Source: Thermoplasmatota archaeon | GTDB taxonomy: Archaea; Thermoplasmatota; Thermoplasmata; Lutacidiplasmatales; JAMCUS01 | NCBI GenBank assembly: GCA_023379385.1 | Contig: JAMCUS010000022.1 | Span: 6,813-70,812, forward strand | Length of the DNA: 64,000 bases | Reading direction: 5' to 3' | The notes under the pieces: generated by a model | Databases searched by the model: none | Seen by the model: the letters and a program-made list of their open reading frames with translations, nothing else | Told to the model about the DNA's origin: nothing | Position numbers and translations under genes: made by a program | Shown: positions 42,540 to 51,907 of the stretch, piece after piece | Position numbering within the stretch: the stretch's first letter is position 1 | Layout: each line of letters opens with the position of its first letter

Positions 42540-43487
42540 CTACCACGCTCGATTGTTTAAATACCAGTTTACTGTATTGGCAATGCCTTTATCAAAGGCA
42601 GTCCATTTTTTATTCCAGCCAAGTTCTTTCAGTTTTTTTGTCTCCATTGCATATCTAAAATCGTGACCCTTTCTATCTTCTACGTACTCAATTTGAGTAT
42701 TGTCCTTGTTTAATATTTTTAAAATAGTCTGTACAACCTGCAAATTTGTCAAACTTTTATTTGTGGATACGTTATATATTTCACCAAATTTACCTTTATT
42801 CATTAAGAACTTAACTGCTTCAACAAAATCATTAACATAAATCCACTCTCTCATATTGATACCATTGCCGTAAATAGGAATAGAAACATTATTGATTCCA
42901 TTGAGTATGGTTTTGGGTATTAATTTCTCGGGATGTTGATATTCCCCATAATTGTTGCATGATCTTATAATTATTGTCTTCAACCCATATGTCTTATGAT
43001 ATCCATTTATAAGCATATCGGCAGATGCTTTACTTGCTGAGTAGGGGCTGCTTGGATTTAAAATCATATCTTCATTGGCATATCCTTCTTTTAAACTACC
43101 ATATACCTCATCTGTAGATATCTGTAAAATTTTGATATCCTTTTTCATAGCAAATTTTAATAATTCATGGGTTCCAACAATATTGCTTGCTATAAATGGA
43201 TCAGGATCCAGTATACTGTTATCTACATGACTCTCTGCAGCAAAATTTATTATCCAATCTACATTGTCCAGTTCATCTCTCAATGTTTCTATAAACCGTA
43301 TATCTATAGCAAAAAAATGATAATTGTCAAGTTCTTCAACCTCTTTTACATTGTTTTTGTTAGCCGCATAACTCATTTTATCAATATTTATTAAATTTAT
43401 GCTATTATCACTTTTCAACACATTACGTATAAAGGCAGAACCCATAAATCCTAGACCACCTGTTACAACAATTTTCATATACATCAC
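42540..43487 (-). CDS. rfbB: dTDP-glucose 4,6-dehydratase
   Basis: VTGGLGFMGSAF Rossmann motif, YSASKASAD (YxxxK). 315 aa. The start is more likely MKIVVTGG. Confidence 0.85.
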   Translation of the reverse strand: MMYMKIVVTGGLGFMGSAFIRNVLKSDNSINLINIDKMSYAANKNNVKEVEELDNYHFFAIDIRFIETLRDELDNVDWIINFAAESHVDNSILDPDPFIASNIVGTHELLKFAMKKDIKILQISTDEVYGSLKEGYANEDMILNPSSPYSASKASADMLINGYHKTYGLKTIIIRSCNNYGEYQHPEKLIPKTILNGINNVSIPIYGNGINMREWIYVNDFVEAVKFLMNKGKFGEIYNVSTNKSLTNLQVVQTILKILNKDNTQIEYVEDRKGHDFRYAMETKKLKELGWNKKWTAFDKGIANTVNWYLNNRAW

Positions 43488-44145
43488 AATAATATACTAT
43501 TGAACTTTGAAATGAAATTAAATGCCCACTGTATCAATAACATAGGCAAGCAAGTATTTATATTATGTGACACGCCCTAGGGGGTCCAACAATAATAACT
43601 TGTACAGTTATGCAACGTTTATAGGCATAATTTCATAGTTCCATCCACTATGAAAACTTTTCGTTTTGATACTAATTGATTTGAACACTTTGTCAGATGC
43701 CTTTATGTATATGTCATATTTTTTTTATCATCTATTCCAGTTTTTATTCTAAGGCCTTCTGCAGTTTTGGTATTCCTTATGAAATTGATCACTGCCTCCC
43801 TGCTTATCAACGATCATTCTCTCCAGTTAATCGTTATACCATTTAAACAGTAACTCTGTTATATATCAACTATGCAGATTATATATAATTATATGAATAA
43901 TAATTTCTTGTATTATTTTATGTTGAACCCACTAAGCACCTAAAAGTTTATATTTGTATTACCCACATGGACGTTATGAAATGATACTTTATGACCGTTA
44001 TTGTAAGAAAACAAGACTGTATCTGGGACTACATCATCTAAAAATTTATTCTAGTAACGGTATATAATCGGCATAGTATATCAAGAAAAAGTTATATATT
44101 GAATATTCATTGTTCACTTGGAATACTTATAGGTGAATAAAATAT

Positions 44146-44361
44146 ATGATAAGACTATCCATAAATGGTAACTATAAGAATTTTACAGTGGAAGAGAGAT
44201 CCCCTATTGAGTCAGAATATCCATTAGCTGGATCTAATTCTATCCACGAGTCTCATAAATTTGAAAAATACAAAATGAAGGGGGACATGGTTTACTTTTA
44301 TACAAAAGAATCAGAAGAACCAAAATACGTGATAAAATTTGATTTTCTGATTGTAGATTGA
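44146..44361 (+). CDS. hypothetical protein
   Basis: 71-aa ORF in a ~1.3-kb poorly coding spacer. No family recognised. Confidence 0.3.
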   Translation: MIRLSINGNYKNFTVEERSPIESEYPLAGSNSIHESHKFEKYKMKGDMVYFYTKESEEPKYVIKFDFLIVD

Positions 44362-44768
44362 CTTTAGGGTTATGATGTCTGTTGATCATGTTAACATCTA
44401 CCTTTGGAAGTTATCATCTTTCAAGAAGAGCTTAAACTCAACTCTATACCCTTTGTTCTGTTCCCATTGCCTTTCAGTAATAGTTCAGAGATTGCTTTTT
44501 ATCAGCATGACACACAGTTATGGTTTGATAACTAACCCATGCGTTAGATACCCAAATGTGTGAACTCAATAATAAAGAAAAAGATGTCTACCAAGATAAG
44601 GAAGAAACTTCCACACGGTAAGAAAAGTGAGGAAACGCTAAAAATGAATGTGCATAATCCAAGGAAATATAGTTATCTGAAATGCACAGAGCCCGAGATC
44701 ATAAAGGATTACTGATTCAGAAATAATTTTATTCCTGTACCATATTATTAATTTCACATATTAACATT

Positions 44769-46079
44769 TTATTTTTTTTCGGATTTTCGCATATTAGCAA
44801 TTATTTCTGAGGCTCTTTCAATTCGTATCTTTTTTTCACTTACAAGCTGTTTTGCTACTATATCTATCTCATTTCCTACAGCACCTGCAGATATTGCAAT
44901 ATTTCTTGCATGGAGACTCATATGCCCTCTCTGTATTCCTTCTGTGGTTAATGCGTACAGAGCTGCAAAATTCTGGGCAAGCCCTACTGAGGCTATAATC
45001 TCCTGCAACTCAGATACATGTTTTACACCAGCTATCTTTACATTTATCTTGGCTATAGGATGTACAGAGGTTGCGCCTCCTATCAATCCTACAGCCATAG
45101 GAATCTCTATTGAACCAACTAAATCTCCATTTTCATTTTTTTCATATGTTGTAAGTGGCCTGTAACCCGTAGTATACGATGCATATGCATGCGCTCCAGC
45201 CTCTATAGCTCTGAAATCATTGCCCGTTGCTATGACAACAGCACTTATACCGTTCATAATGCCTTTATTATGTGTAGCACATCTGAACGGATCATGCAAC
45301 GCAAATTTATATGCTTCAATTATTCTATCTACGACTTCTTCACCAGAGAATCCAGCTCTGGCAAGATTCTCTTTTGGAAATGTGGCATACGCTCTAACAA
45401 TTCTGTATATGGCAAGATTTGATATTATTCTCAGGTTAACTGTGCCTTTTGTTATATCTTCAATATACGTACCTAATGTTTCCACCATTGTATTTACTGC
45501 ATTCGCACCCATTGCATCCATTGTGTTGACAAGAAGATGCACTACCATCATTGGCTTTACACTATCTCCAATTATTTTTACATTAATGTCTATAGGCCCA
45601 CCACCTACCTTGATAAGCATAGGGTCCTTTTCTGCAGCTATTTTTAGAAGCATATCCCTGTTTTCATATATTCTGATTCTAGCAGCGTTGATATCTGGAA
45701 TATTTGATACCTCAATCTGTCCAATCATTATTTGGGGTGTTGTAACTGCCTTAAACCCACCAGTATGTCTTGCAATTTTGGCGGCATGTGACGCGGCAGC
45801 TATAACAGAGGTTTCTTCTACAGCCATGGGTATAAGTCTATCAACCCCATTTATAACAAAATTGGTTGCTATGCCTAATGGTAACGACATTACACCAATT
45901 GCATTCTCTACCATATGATCAATTATATTGAAATCCACACCGCCTGTATTTTCCAAAATTTTTATTTCATCATTGGTTAGATTCACCTGCTCTTTCAGTA
46001 TTTTCAATCTTGATGTCCTATCCAATTCATAAAATCCTGGTAAATTGCTTATAACCATATATGATACCTCATTTTTCAA
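44769..46079 (-). CDS. hmgA: HMG-CoA reductase, class II (bacterial type)
   Basis: 436 aa, soluble. ENAIGVMSLPLGIATNFVINGVDRLIPMAVEETSVIAAAS and DAMGANAVN resemble class II (P. mevalonii/S. aureus MvaA-type) enzymes. Confidence 0.9.
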   Translation of the reverse strand: MKNEVSYMVISNLPGFYELDRTSRLKILKEQVNLTNDEIKILENTGGVDFNIIDHMVENAIGVMSLPLGIATNFVINGVDRLIPMAVEETSVIAAASHAAKIARHTGGFKAVTTPQIMIGQIEVSNIPDINAARIRIYENRDMLLKIAAEKDPMLIKVGGGPIDINVKIIGDSVKPMMVVHLLVNTMDAMGANAVNTMVETLGTYIEDITKGTVNLRIISNLAIYRIVRAYATFPKENLARAGFSGEEVVDRIIEAYKFALHDPFRCATHNKGIMNGISAVVIATGNDFRAIEAGAHAYASYTTGYRPLTTYEKNENGDLVGSIEIPMAVGLIGGATSVHPIAKINVKIAGVKHVSELQEIIASVGLAQNFAALYALTTEGIQRGHMSLHARNIAISAGAVGNEIDIVAKQLVSEKKIRIERASEIIANMRKSEKK

Positions 46080-46184
46080 TTACGTGAAATGCAATATTGA
46101 TATATATCAATATCTTTTGCTATGCTCTTCACCATATTTTGCAATGGATATACTTATAAATAAGAATAGATATCCTGATAATAT

Positions 46185-46958
46185 ATGATAGGCAAGGATA
46201 ATGACAACATAAAAAAAATAATTTCTAATGGCAACTATAAAGTGGATAACGAAGAATGGTACTACTTTGTTACTAAGGATAATAAAAAAGGATTAATTGC
46301 TGTAATTGATAAAAAAGAAAAAATAGATGATTTAAGGGCATTACTAACTACTGACGATGTAAAAAAATGTAATTTTATACATCTTATGTGGGATGTTGAT
46401 TACGATTTTGAGAGGTTTAAAAGTGAAATACCGAAGGATATCAGTGATATGTTATCCAATATAAAAATATTAAATAAAGAGTTTATGGTTAAGCCATTGC
46501 TGGATGAAGAGAAGGTAAAAGAGGCATACCTGGATATGATTATAACAGATGCACATATTATACATGCACAAAAATTATGGTATAGATACGATATAAAAAA
46601 AAGCGATGGTTCTGTTGATAAAGGAAATGTCTTGATAGATATAAGAACAGGTTTTGTAGAATTTCCAGAATACCCATTAAAAATAGTAGAACTTCTGGAA
46701 AGCCAGTATACATCTGATAACAAACCTGTTATTGATCTTAATGCCGCAGCTATGCGTGTAAAAAAAGCTATAAAGGAGCATAATGACGGCGGTGTTACAA
46801 TACCATCAGATGTAAATGCTGTAAATGATGTGCTGGATATAATTGTAGAATACATGGGAATACTTCACATGCCTATATGGAATATAATAGGTGAAAAATC
46901 AGAAATCATGGTGGATGCTCTTAGTGGCACATTACTGAGCAAAAAAAAATTTGAATAA
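46185..46958 (+). CDS. hypothetical protein
   Basis: 257-aa ORF, soluble, divergent from hmgA. No family recognised. Confidence 0.5.
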   Translation: MIGKDNDNIKKIISNGNYKVDNEEWYYFVTKDNKKGLIAVIDKKEKIDDLRALLTTDDVKKCNFIHLMWDVDYDFERFKSEIPKDISDMLSNIKILNKEFMVKPLLDEEKVKEAYLDMIITDAHIIHAQKLWYRYDIKKSDGSVDKGNVLIDIRTGFVEFPEYPLKIVELLESQYTSDNKPVIDLNAAAMRVKKAIKEHNDGGVTIPSDVNAVNDVLDIIVEYMGILHMPIWNIIGEKSEIMVDALSGTLLSKKKFE

Positions 46959-46970
46959 AACCTAATTGGT

Positions 46971-47867
46971 TTATTTAAATAATGCTTTTTTCCATATTTT
47001 AGAACGGTTATCTGCAAGTTTTAATGGTAGAATGTTATTGCCATCCACAAATTTCTTTATTATTTTTACAGATTTTTCTATAGATATTCTATTGCCAGGA
47101 GATACATAATAAATTTTATTCACTAGTTTAATTATCCTGCCAACTTCTACACTAAACATGTATATTCTATCATCCTTTACAGTTCCAGATAAAAAGCTTT
47201 TAGCTACACCTATTGCGGGAACATCAGCAAGGATTGATAACATTGTTGCAAGTCCGGTATACCTCGGATGCAAAATGCCATTGCCATCAACAAGAAGAAC
47301 TGTATTTTCAGGTACAACTGATAGAAGAGATAACATTCCTGGCAATTCTCTGAATGCAAGATATGTCTTTATATATGGAAATTTCACTTCAACTACAGAT
47401 ATTGATGTGGATAAAACTTTTTTTTCATTGAGATCCATGAATACAGAGGCAGTTATTTGATACTCTACATTTTTATCAATTTGATACGATGAATCCAACG
47501 CCATTACATATTTGGTTTTGTCATCACCATCGTTAAGAGCTATCTTTTTCTTAAAATTTTTTTGAAAATTTGCTAGCTTTTTTAATATGCCATCATATGG
47601 AATTTCTTTAAATATTTTATCCTTATTAATTTTATTAATTTCAGATTTTGATTTAACTTTTTTTTTGAAATTATTATTGTTATTGACGTAATTTGCAACA
47701 GCCATGGTAGCTACACTATCACCTAAGGCTGAGGCAATTGAACCATAGGATGTTACCATGCCATCAGGAATTAGATTTATTAGATTTTCAATTTTACTAT
47801 AAAGATCAATTACAGGATACCTGTTCATTGTATTATCATCTGTTAATATATGAAATGTAACTATCAC
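46971..47867 (-). CDS. nfi: endonuclease V with N-terminal alkyltransferase-like (MGMT wHTH) remnant lacking PCHR
   Basis: EndoV motifs ALDSSY, AFRELP, LVDGNGILHPR, IGVAKS. The N-terminal IPDGMVTSYGSIASALGDSVATMAVANYV resembles the AGT DNA-binding wing, but no PCHR cysteine follows. A Lys/Asn-rich linker follows instead. Confidence 0.8.
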   Translation of the reverse strand: MIVTFHILTDDNTMNRYPVIDLYSKIENLINLIPDGMVTSYGSIASALGDSVATMAVANYVNNNNNFKKKVKSKSEINKINKDKIFKEIPYDGILKKLANFQKNFKKKIALNDGDDKTKYVMALDSSYQIDKNVEYQITASVFMDLNEKKVLSTSISVVEVKFPYIKTYLAFRELPGMLSLLSVVPENTVLLVDGNGILHPRYTGLATMLSILADVPAIGVAKSFLSGTVKDDRIYMFSVEVGRIIKLVNKIYYVSPGNRISIEKSVKIIKKFVDGNNILPLKLADNRSKIWKKALFK

Positions 47868-47977
47868 ATAATATTAAAAAGTTAATGAAATGCTTATGGA
47901 GGGACATGAATAGATGTATTCTTTATATGTTTGTAACACAGCAACCCTGACAGATTTAATATCAATTTAATATCATA

Positions 47978-48640
47978 TTAAAGAGTTTTTGCTTTTGGAT
48001 CTTTTGTCTCAATTTCTATTTTTCCAGGTCCGGTAACCTCTATCGCTTCAAAAGACATCGCGTGCCCCAGTAATCCTCCACCGTACGGTATATTGTATGT
48101 TTTAATTGTTACGCTGGATTCTTTTGAAAGGATGGCTCCGTAATCTATACTCATACTTTCTCCCTCTGCTAAATTAAACGATAAGATTGTTCCATGTCCG
48201 TGATATGCAACTTTACCTGGACCTGTTAACTTATCCATAAAAAATCCAATCATTCTACCAACTCTTGTGGTTCCATGAACATAGAAATAGTCATATTTTA
48301 CGCTTGATTCTGCACATATAATGGAATTCTCTGCAATATCTAAAGTCTCCCCCTCTTTTAACTCTGCAATTCTAACTTCTCCAACAGTTGATCTGGAAAA
48401 TGCACAACTACCAGGCCCACTATACGTTAAAAGGTAAAATGGTATCTTGGCTAAAGTGGACCTTACTATTGCACCTGTCACACTTCCAGTTACCTTTGAT
48501 AAAGTAGTATAACTTGTGTGCACAGATACATCTTTGTAAACCAGTAAGCCACCTTCTGAAAATACATGCTCGTTCATATCCATGGTTACAAGAACCGATG
48601 GAACCAAATTCCCTGCTACTTTAAAATCCATTAATATCAC
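47978..48640 (-). CDS. AIM24/DUF124 (TIGR00266-like) family protein, paralogue 3
   Basis: 220 aa. Recurrent GPG-containing beta-rich pattern (YSGPGSCAF, LTGPGKVAYHG, VTGPGKIEIE). Confidence 0.8.
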   Translation of the reverse strand: MILMDFKVAGNLVPSVLVTMDMNEHVFSEGGLLVYKDVSVHTSYTTLSKVTGSVTGAIVRSTLAKIPFYLLTYSGPGSCAFSRSTVGEVRIAELKEGETLDIAENSIICAESSVKYDYFYVHGTTRVGRMIGFFMDKLTGPGKVAYHGHGTILSFNLAEGESMSIDYGAILSKESSVTIKTYNIPYGGGLLGHAMSFEAIEVTGPGKIEIETKDPKAKTL

Positions 48641-49320
48641 CTTCCACTATGAACCAGAACTCTACCTGGCCCATAAACTCTTGCACAGACAGACATTGAT
48701 TCAGGACTATTCGGTTTTAATACACACACCTCATTTTGCCTGGCAGCCGCATTTCCCTGTGCATATATCTGATATGGAAACAGAAACAATATATCAGAAA
48801 TACCTACGGTTGCATCAAATAGCAAAAGATTATTAACCGGTACATCAAGTACCTCGCCTGGATTTAAATTGAATTGAAAGGCATTTCCAAATGCCTGTAC
48901 ATAGATCGTTCCAGGACCTCTAAATTCTTCAAGTGGCAATATAAAATTAGTCATAAATTTAGAATAGTTTCTCATATTAGGTTGATACCCTACGCTATCC
49001 TGGGCAAATAGCAGGCTTTGCCATCTAACATATACTACTGAATTTTGATCCAGCGTTATTGCTCTGCATTCACCAGGTTTATCATGGGATATAGCCACAT
49101 GGCCTTCCCCTTCAAATACAGCGAAATATCGTTCACTTTGGATGCCCTCTGCATGAGTTATTATTCTATTAGTAAGGCTGGTTGTTATTTTTCTATTCAC
49201 CTTAACTGCAGGATCCTTATACAACATCAGATCATTATCAAGATAAATTTTTTCATCACCTTCCAGTTTTACAAGCACTACAGGTGCCGTGTCTCCAATA
49301 AAATCTGTTTTCATATTCAT
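48637..49320 (-). CDS. AIM24/DUF124 family protein, divergent paralogue 2
   Basis: 227 aa. Same layout (FRGPGTIYVQA, VYGPGRVLVHS). 4-nt overlap with paralogue 3. Confidence 0.65.
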   Translation of the reverse strand: MNMKTDFIGDTAPVVLVKLEGDEKIYLDNDLMLYKDPAVKVNRKITTSLTNRIITHAEGIQSERYFAVFEGEGHVAISHDKPGECRAITLDQNSVVYVRWQSLLFAQDSVGYQPNMRNYSKFMTNFILPLEEFRGPGTIYVQAFGNAFQFNLNPGEVLDVPVNNLLLFDATVGISDILFLFPYQIYAQGNAAARQNEVCVLKPNSPESMSVCARVYGPGRVLVHSGR

Positions 49321-49338
49321 AACCTCCTATTCAACCCA

Positions 49339-49521
49339 TTAAATGTCAAGATCTATATCAATGCTGAATACAGTTCCGCAATATTCACATTTTGCAAATC
49401 CCTGCTTGATATGCTCAGGCTTAACCGTTGCACCACAATTCCTGCATTTTAATTCTTTAAGGGCAACTTTTTTTATAGTGATCTCTTCTCTTTTTTTAAC
49501 AAATTCATCCGGAACAGGCAT
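49339..49521 (-). CDS. small zinc-ribbon protein
   Basis: 60 aa. CRNCG...CEYCG. It sits 13 nt after paralogue 1 and 18 nt before paralogue 2. Confidence 0.55.
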   Translation of the reverse strand: MPVPDEFVKKREEITIKKVALKELKCRNCGATVKPEHIKQGFAKCEYCGTVFSIDIDLDI

Positions 49522-49534
49522 ATTTTATCACCTC

Positions 49535-50209
49535 TTATATCGTTTCATTATGGGGGTCAATACTCTGTAACATGATAGACCCGGGTCCTGTAAGTTCTAA
49601 AACCTCAAATGACTCTACATGACCCATTAAGCCGTGCCCAAGTGGCTGATTAAAGGTTCGTTCTCTTACAGTAGAGTGCTTCATAAGCAGGGCACCGTAA
49701 TCTACAACAATACTCTCTCCATTATCGAGATTAAATGAAATTATGTTCCCATATCCGTGTATAACAGCTGTACCAGGTCCTGTAAGTCTGTCCATCCACC
49801 TACCAACCATTCTGCCCAGCCTCATTGTCCCCTTAATATAATACATATCATATTTAATAGAATCAGTTGCACATAATAGCGACCCTTCTGCTACATCCAT
49901 CGTTACTCCTGCAGGTATCTCTATATCCCGTATCTCGCCTTTTCCGTCTCTAGAAAAGGCGACAGAACCTGGCCCTTTAAACTCTGCAACAATGAATGGA
50001 ATATCACCCAGCCCCTTTCTTTCCATTTTTTCAAGAAAGTTACCTCCGATGGATCTTCTTCCTACCGTTACTGATTGATCCTTATAAAGCATAATTCCAT
50101 GTTCAGCAAAGACAGATTCACCCTCATTTAGAGTTACAAGCACAGCCGGTACATATCCATTCAACGTTTCAAACTTCATTTTACAACCTCCCATGAAAGC
50201 CCATTTCAT
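49535..50209 (-). CDS. AIM24/DUF124 family protein, paralogue 1
   Basis: 224 aa (the start is more likely MKFETLNG at about 50182). FKGPGSVAF, LTGPGTAVIHG, LTGPGSIMLQS. Confidence 0.8.
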   Translation of the reverse strand: MKWAFMGGCKMKFETLNGYVPAVLVTLNEGESVFAEHGIMLYKDQSVTVGRRSIGGNFLEKMERKGLGDIPFIVAEFKGPGSVAFSRDGKGEIRDIEIPAGVTMDVAEGSLLCATDSIKYDMYYIKGTMRLGRMVGRWMDRLTGPGTAVIHGYGNIISFNLDNGESIVVDYGALLMKHSTVRERTFNQPLGHGLMGHVESFEVLELTGPGSIMLQSIDPHNETI

Positions 50210-50489
50210 CCGTATGAGTTATTGACAGGCTTGGTTAACAACAAACCTCTTTATATCAATACCAATATTTAATACTATTTAACCTGATACCTGAGCGTTT
50301 AATAGTAAGGATAATCCATTGACCAGTTATGCAAAAATGGTTTCAAAAGTCAATAATAATTGGATAATAGAAAACGACAATAATATATTTTAAATAAAAA
50401 AATACTGACACACAGTTAACAAATACTAAGAATGTACTCCAATATGGATATTCCAGATCACTTTTTTGTGGTGGAGTATATCATCACAT

Positions 50490-50574
50490 GGCAGTATGTA
50501 AGATAAGACAAAAAATGATCTGTTTTAGTTCTAAAAAAACATTTTTTGAATGTGAATTTTTAAGAATCTGTCAG
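50490..50574 (+). repeat. MITE family copy B (internally deleted)
   Basis: GGCAGTATGTAAGATAAGACAAAAAATGATCTGTTTTAGTTCTAAAAAAACATTTTTTGAATGTGAATTTTTAAGAATCTGTCAG. About 85% identical to copy D over the core and lacks about 30 bp near the right end. Confidence 0.6.
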
Positions 50575-50669
50575 CTTATCATGTTTTTTACTGACTGTAG
50601 AAATCAAGAATAGTTTACCTTTTAACGATAAAACAAAAAGAGCATATTAAGTAAAAGATTGAGACTGAC

Positions 50670-51539
50670 TTAAAATCCCCATCTAATATATGCGTTACAT
50701 TGAGGACATCTATTAGCAGTCTCATCTATAATTGTGCTACATTCAGGACATTGATATACTGCAGGGGCAGTAGTTATATTCTCAGTATCTTCAGCATAGT
50801 TATCCTCTGTATTAAACCTGTTTTTGCTATCAACAGCATTACCCCCTGCTGTAGATGGAGATGGCTTTGCAAATTTGGTTGTAACAGCGCTCATAAACAC
50901 AGCTATATCTATTAGCAAAGATATGAATGCATAAATATACCCCATTCCAGGATACCACAATAATTGGTAATTTATAAGTGTTCCGTTATTGCTATACCCG
51001 GTACTGTTACCGTCAATTGAACCAGATGGTGTTCTTAGATTCTTTATAACTATTCCATCTGCAGTAGGTGCTGAAGGAGCTTTCAATGTAAAGCCTATAA
51101 AAGCATAGGCTAAAAGTAGCATTGCAATCATGGCAAATAGAGCTGTATACTTGGGGTCTATTGGTATAATTACAAATATAAAAAAGATCATAACAGACAA
51201 TATTGAAAAATAGGATGCATATGTTACAAATTGTGCCGTCTGGTACATCAACGATACAAAATCAGGTGCTTTTTCTATGACAGTAACTGCAGATACAGTA
51301 CCTGCTGCATAGCTCATCTGGCTTGAGGTGGTTGTTCCATTTCTATAATACGTAATGATGTTTTCATTTTTAAGCATGAATACATCATTTATATGATTTA
51401 TGCCTGTATTGGATGAACTGTATTGCCATACCCACCATCCATTATTCATAGACATATTTAAAAAGATAATAGATACAATCATCATGATACCTAAAATTAT
51501 TAGTCTCGTTCTAGGTATTTTTTTATTTTTTTGATCCAT
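50670..51539 (-). CDS. membrane protein with C-terminal cytoplasmic zinc ribbon
   Basis: 289 aa with several TM helices and a C-terminal CPECS...CPQCN. Confidence 0.6.
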   Translation of the reverse strand: MDQKNKKIPRTRLIILGIMMIVSIIFLNMSMNNGWWVWQYSSSNTGINHINDVFMLKNENIITYYRNGTTTSSQMSYAAGTVSAVTVIEKAPDFVSLMYQTAQFVTYASYFSILSVMIFFIFVIIPIDPKYTALFAMIAMLLLAYAFIGFTLKAPSAPTADGIVIKNLRTPSGSIDGNSTGYSNNGTLINYQLLWYPGMGYIYAFISLLIDIAVFMSAVTTKFAKPSPSTAGGNAVDSKNRFNTEDNYAEDTENITTAPAVYQCPECSTIIDETANRCPQCNAYIRWGF

Positions 51540-51652
51540 GTTGTTGTATATTTTTATATATTAATAAATCTACCGTTTTATAATTTTGTTGAGAGTTTGA
51601 GGGATGCAGTAAAACTCCAATGCTTTAGCATGGAGATACACGAACTTCCCTC

Positions 51653-51763
51653 TACAGGCTATAAAAGAATACCAAAAATGGTCTATTTTAGTCTTAAAAA
51701 CATTTTTGGGCGTTAATTTTTGAATATTTTGATGAATTATCCCTTTCTATTACAACCTGTCAA
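51653..51763 (+). repeat. MITE family copy C
   Basis: Left TIR CTACAGGCTATAA and right TIR TTACAACCTGTCA. The core matches copies A, B and D. Preceded by the hairpin CTCCAATGCTTTAGCATGGAG (51615-51635). Confidence 0.65.
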
Positions 51764-51907
51764 CCAGCCAATCGTTGCGGTTCAATTAATCCATGCCTAC
51801 AGGTATGGTGGAGACCAGCAACAAGATACAACCCTTTCAGGGTGTAGTAATTGACTAATCAACAACTTTAGGTTATGTATAAATAGATTCAAAGAATTGC
51901 ATTAATC

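Noticed and set aside
43490-44145. 650-bp non-coding stretch with short frames resembling a transposase/HTH fragment (e.g. ITINWRE.SLISREAVINFIRNTKTAEGLRIKTGIDDKK on the minus strand).
   Set aside because: The frames are broken by several stops and I could not tie them to a specific IS family. This is probably degraded mobile DNA but it is not supportable as a feature.
44584-44715. 43-aa basic ORF MSTKIRKKLPHGKKSEETLKMNVHNPRKYSYLKCTEPEIIKDY.
   Set aside because: It has no recognisable ribosomal-protein or other small-protein family, and it lies in the same poorly coding region. Coding status cannot be judged from a single sequence.
45220-45918. 232-aa plus-strand ORF.
   Set aside because: It is entirely antisense to the well-conserved HMG-CoA reductase gene, and its hydrophobic low-complexity translation is typical of a shadow ORF.
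51770-51900. Short GC-richer hairpins upstream of aspS (CCATGCCTACAGGTATGG, ACCCTTTCAGGGT) and a GGTTCAATT T-loop-like string, considered as a tRNA fragment or leader RNA.
   Set aside because: No cloverleaf or acceptor stem can be assembled, and archaeal aaRS genes are not known to use T-box-type leaders. The evidence is insufficient.
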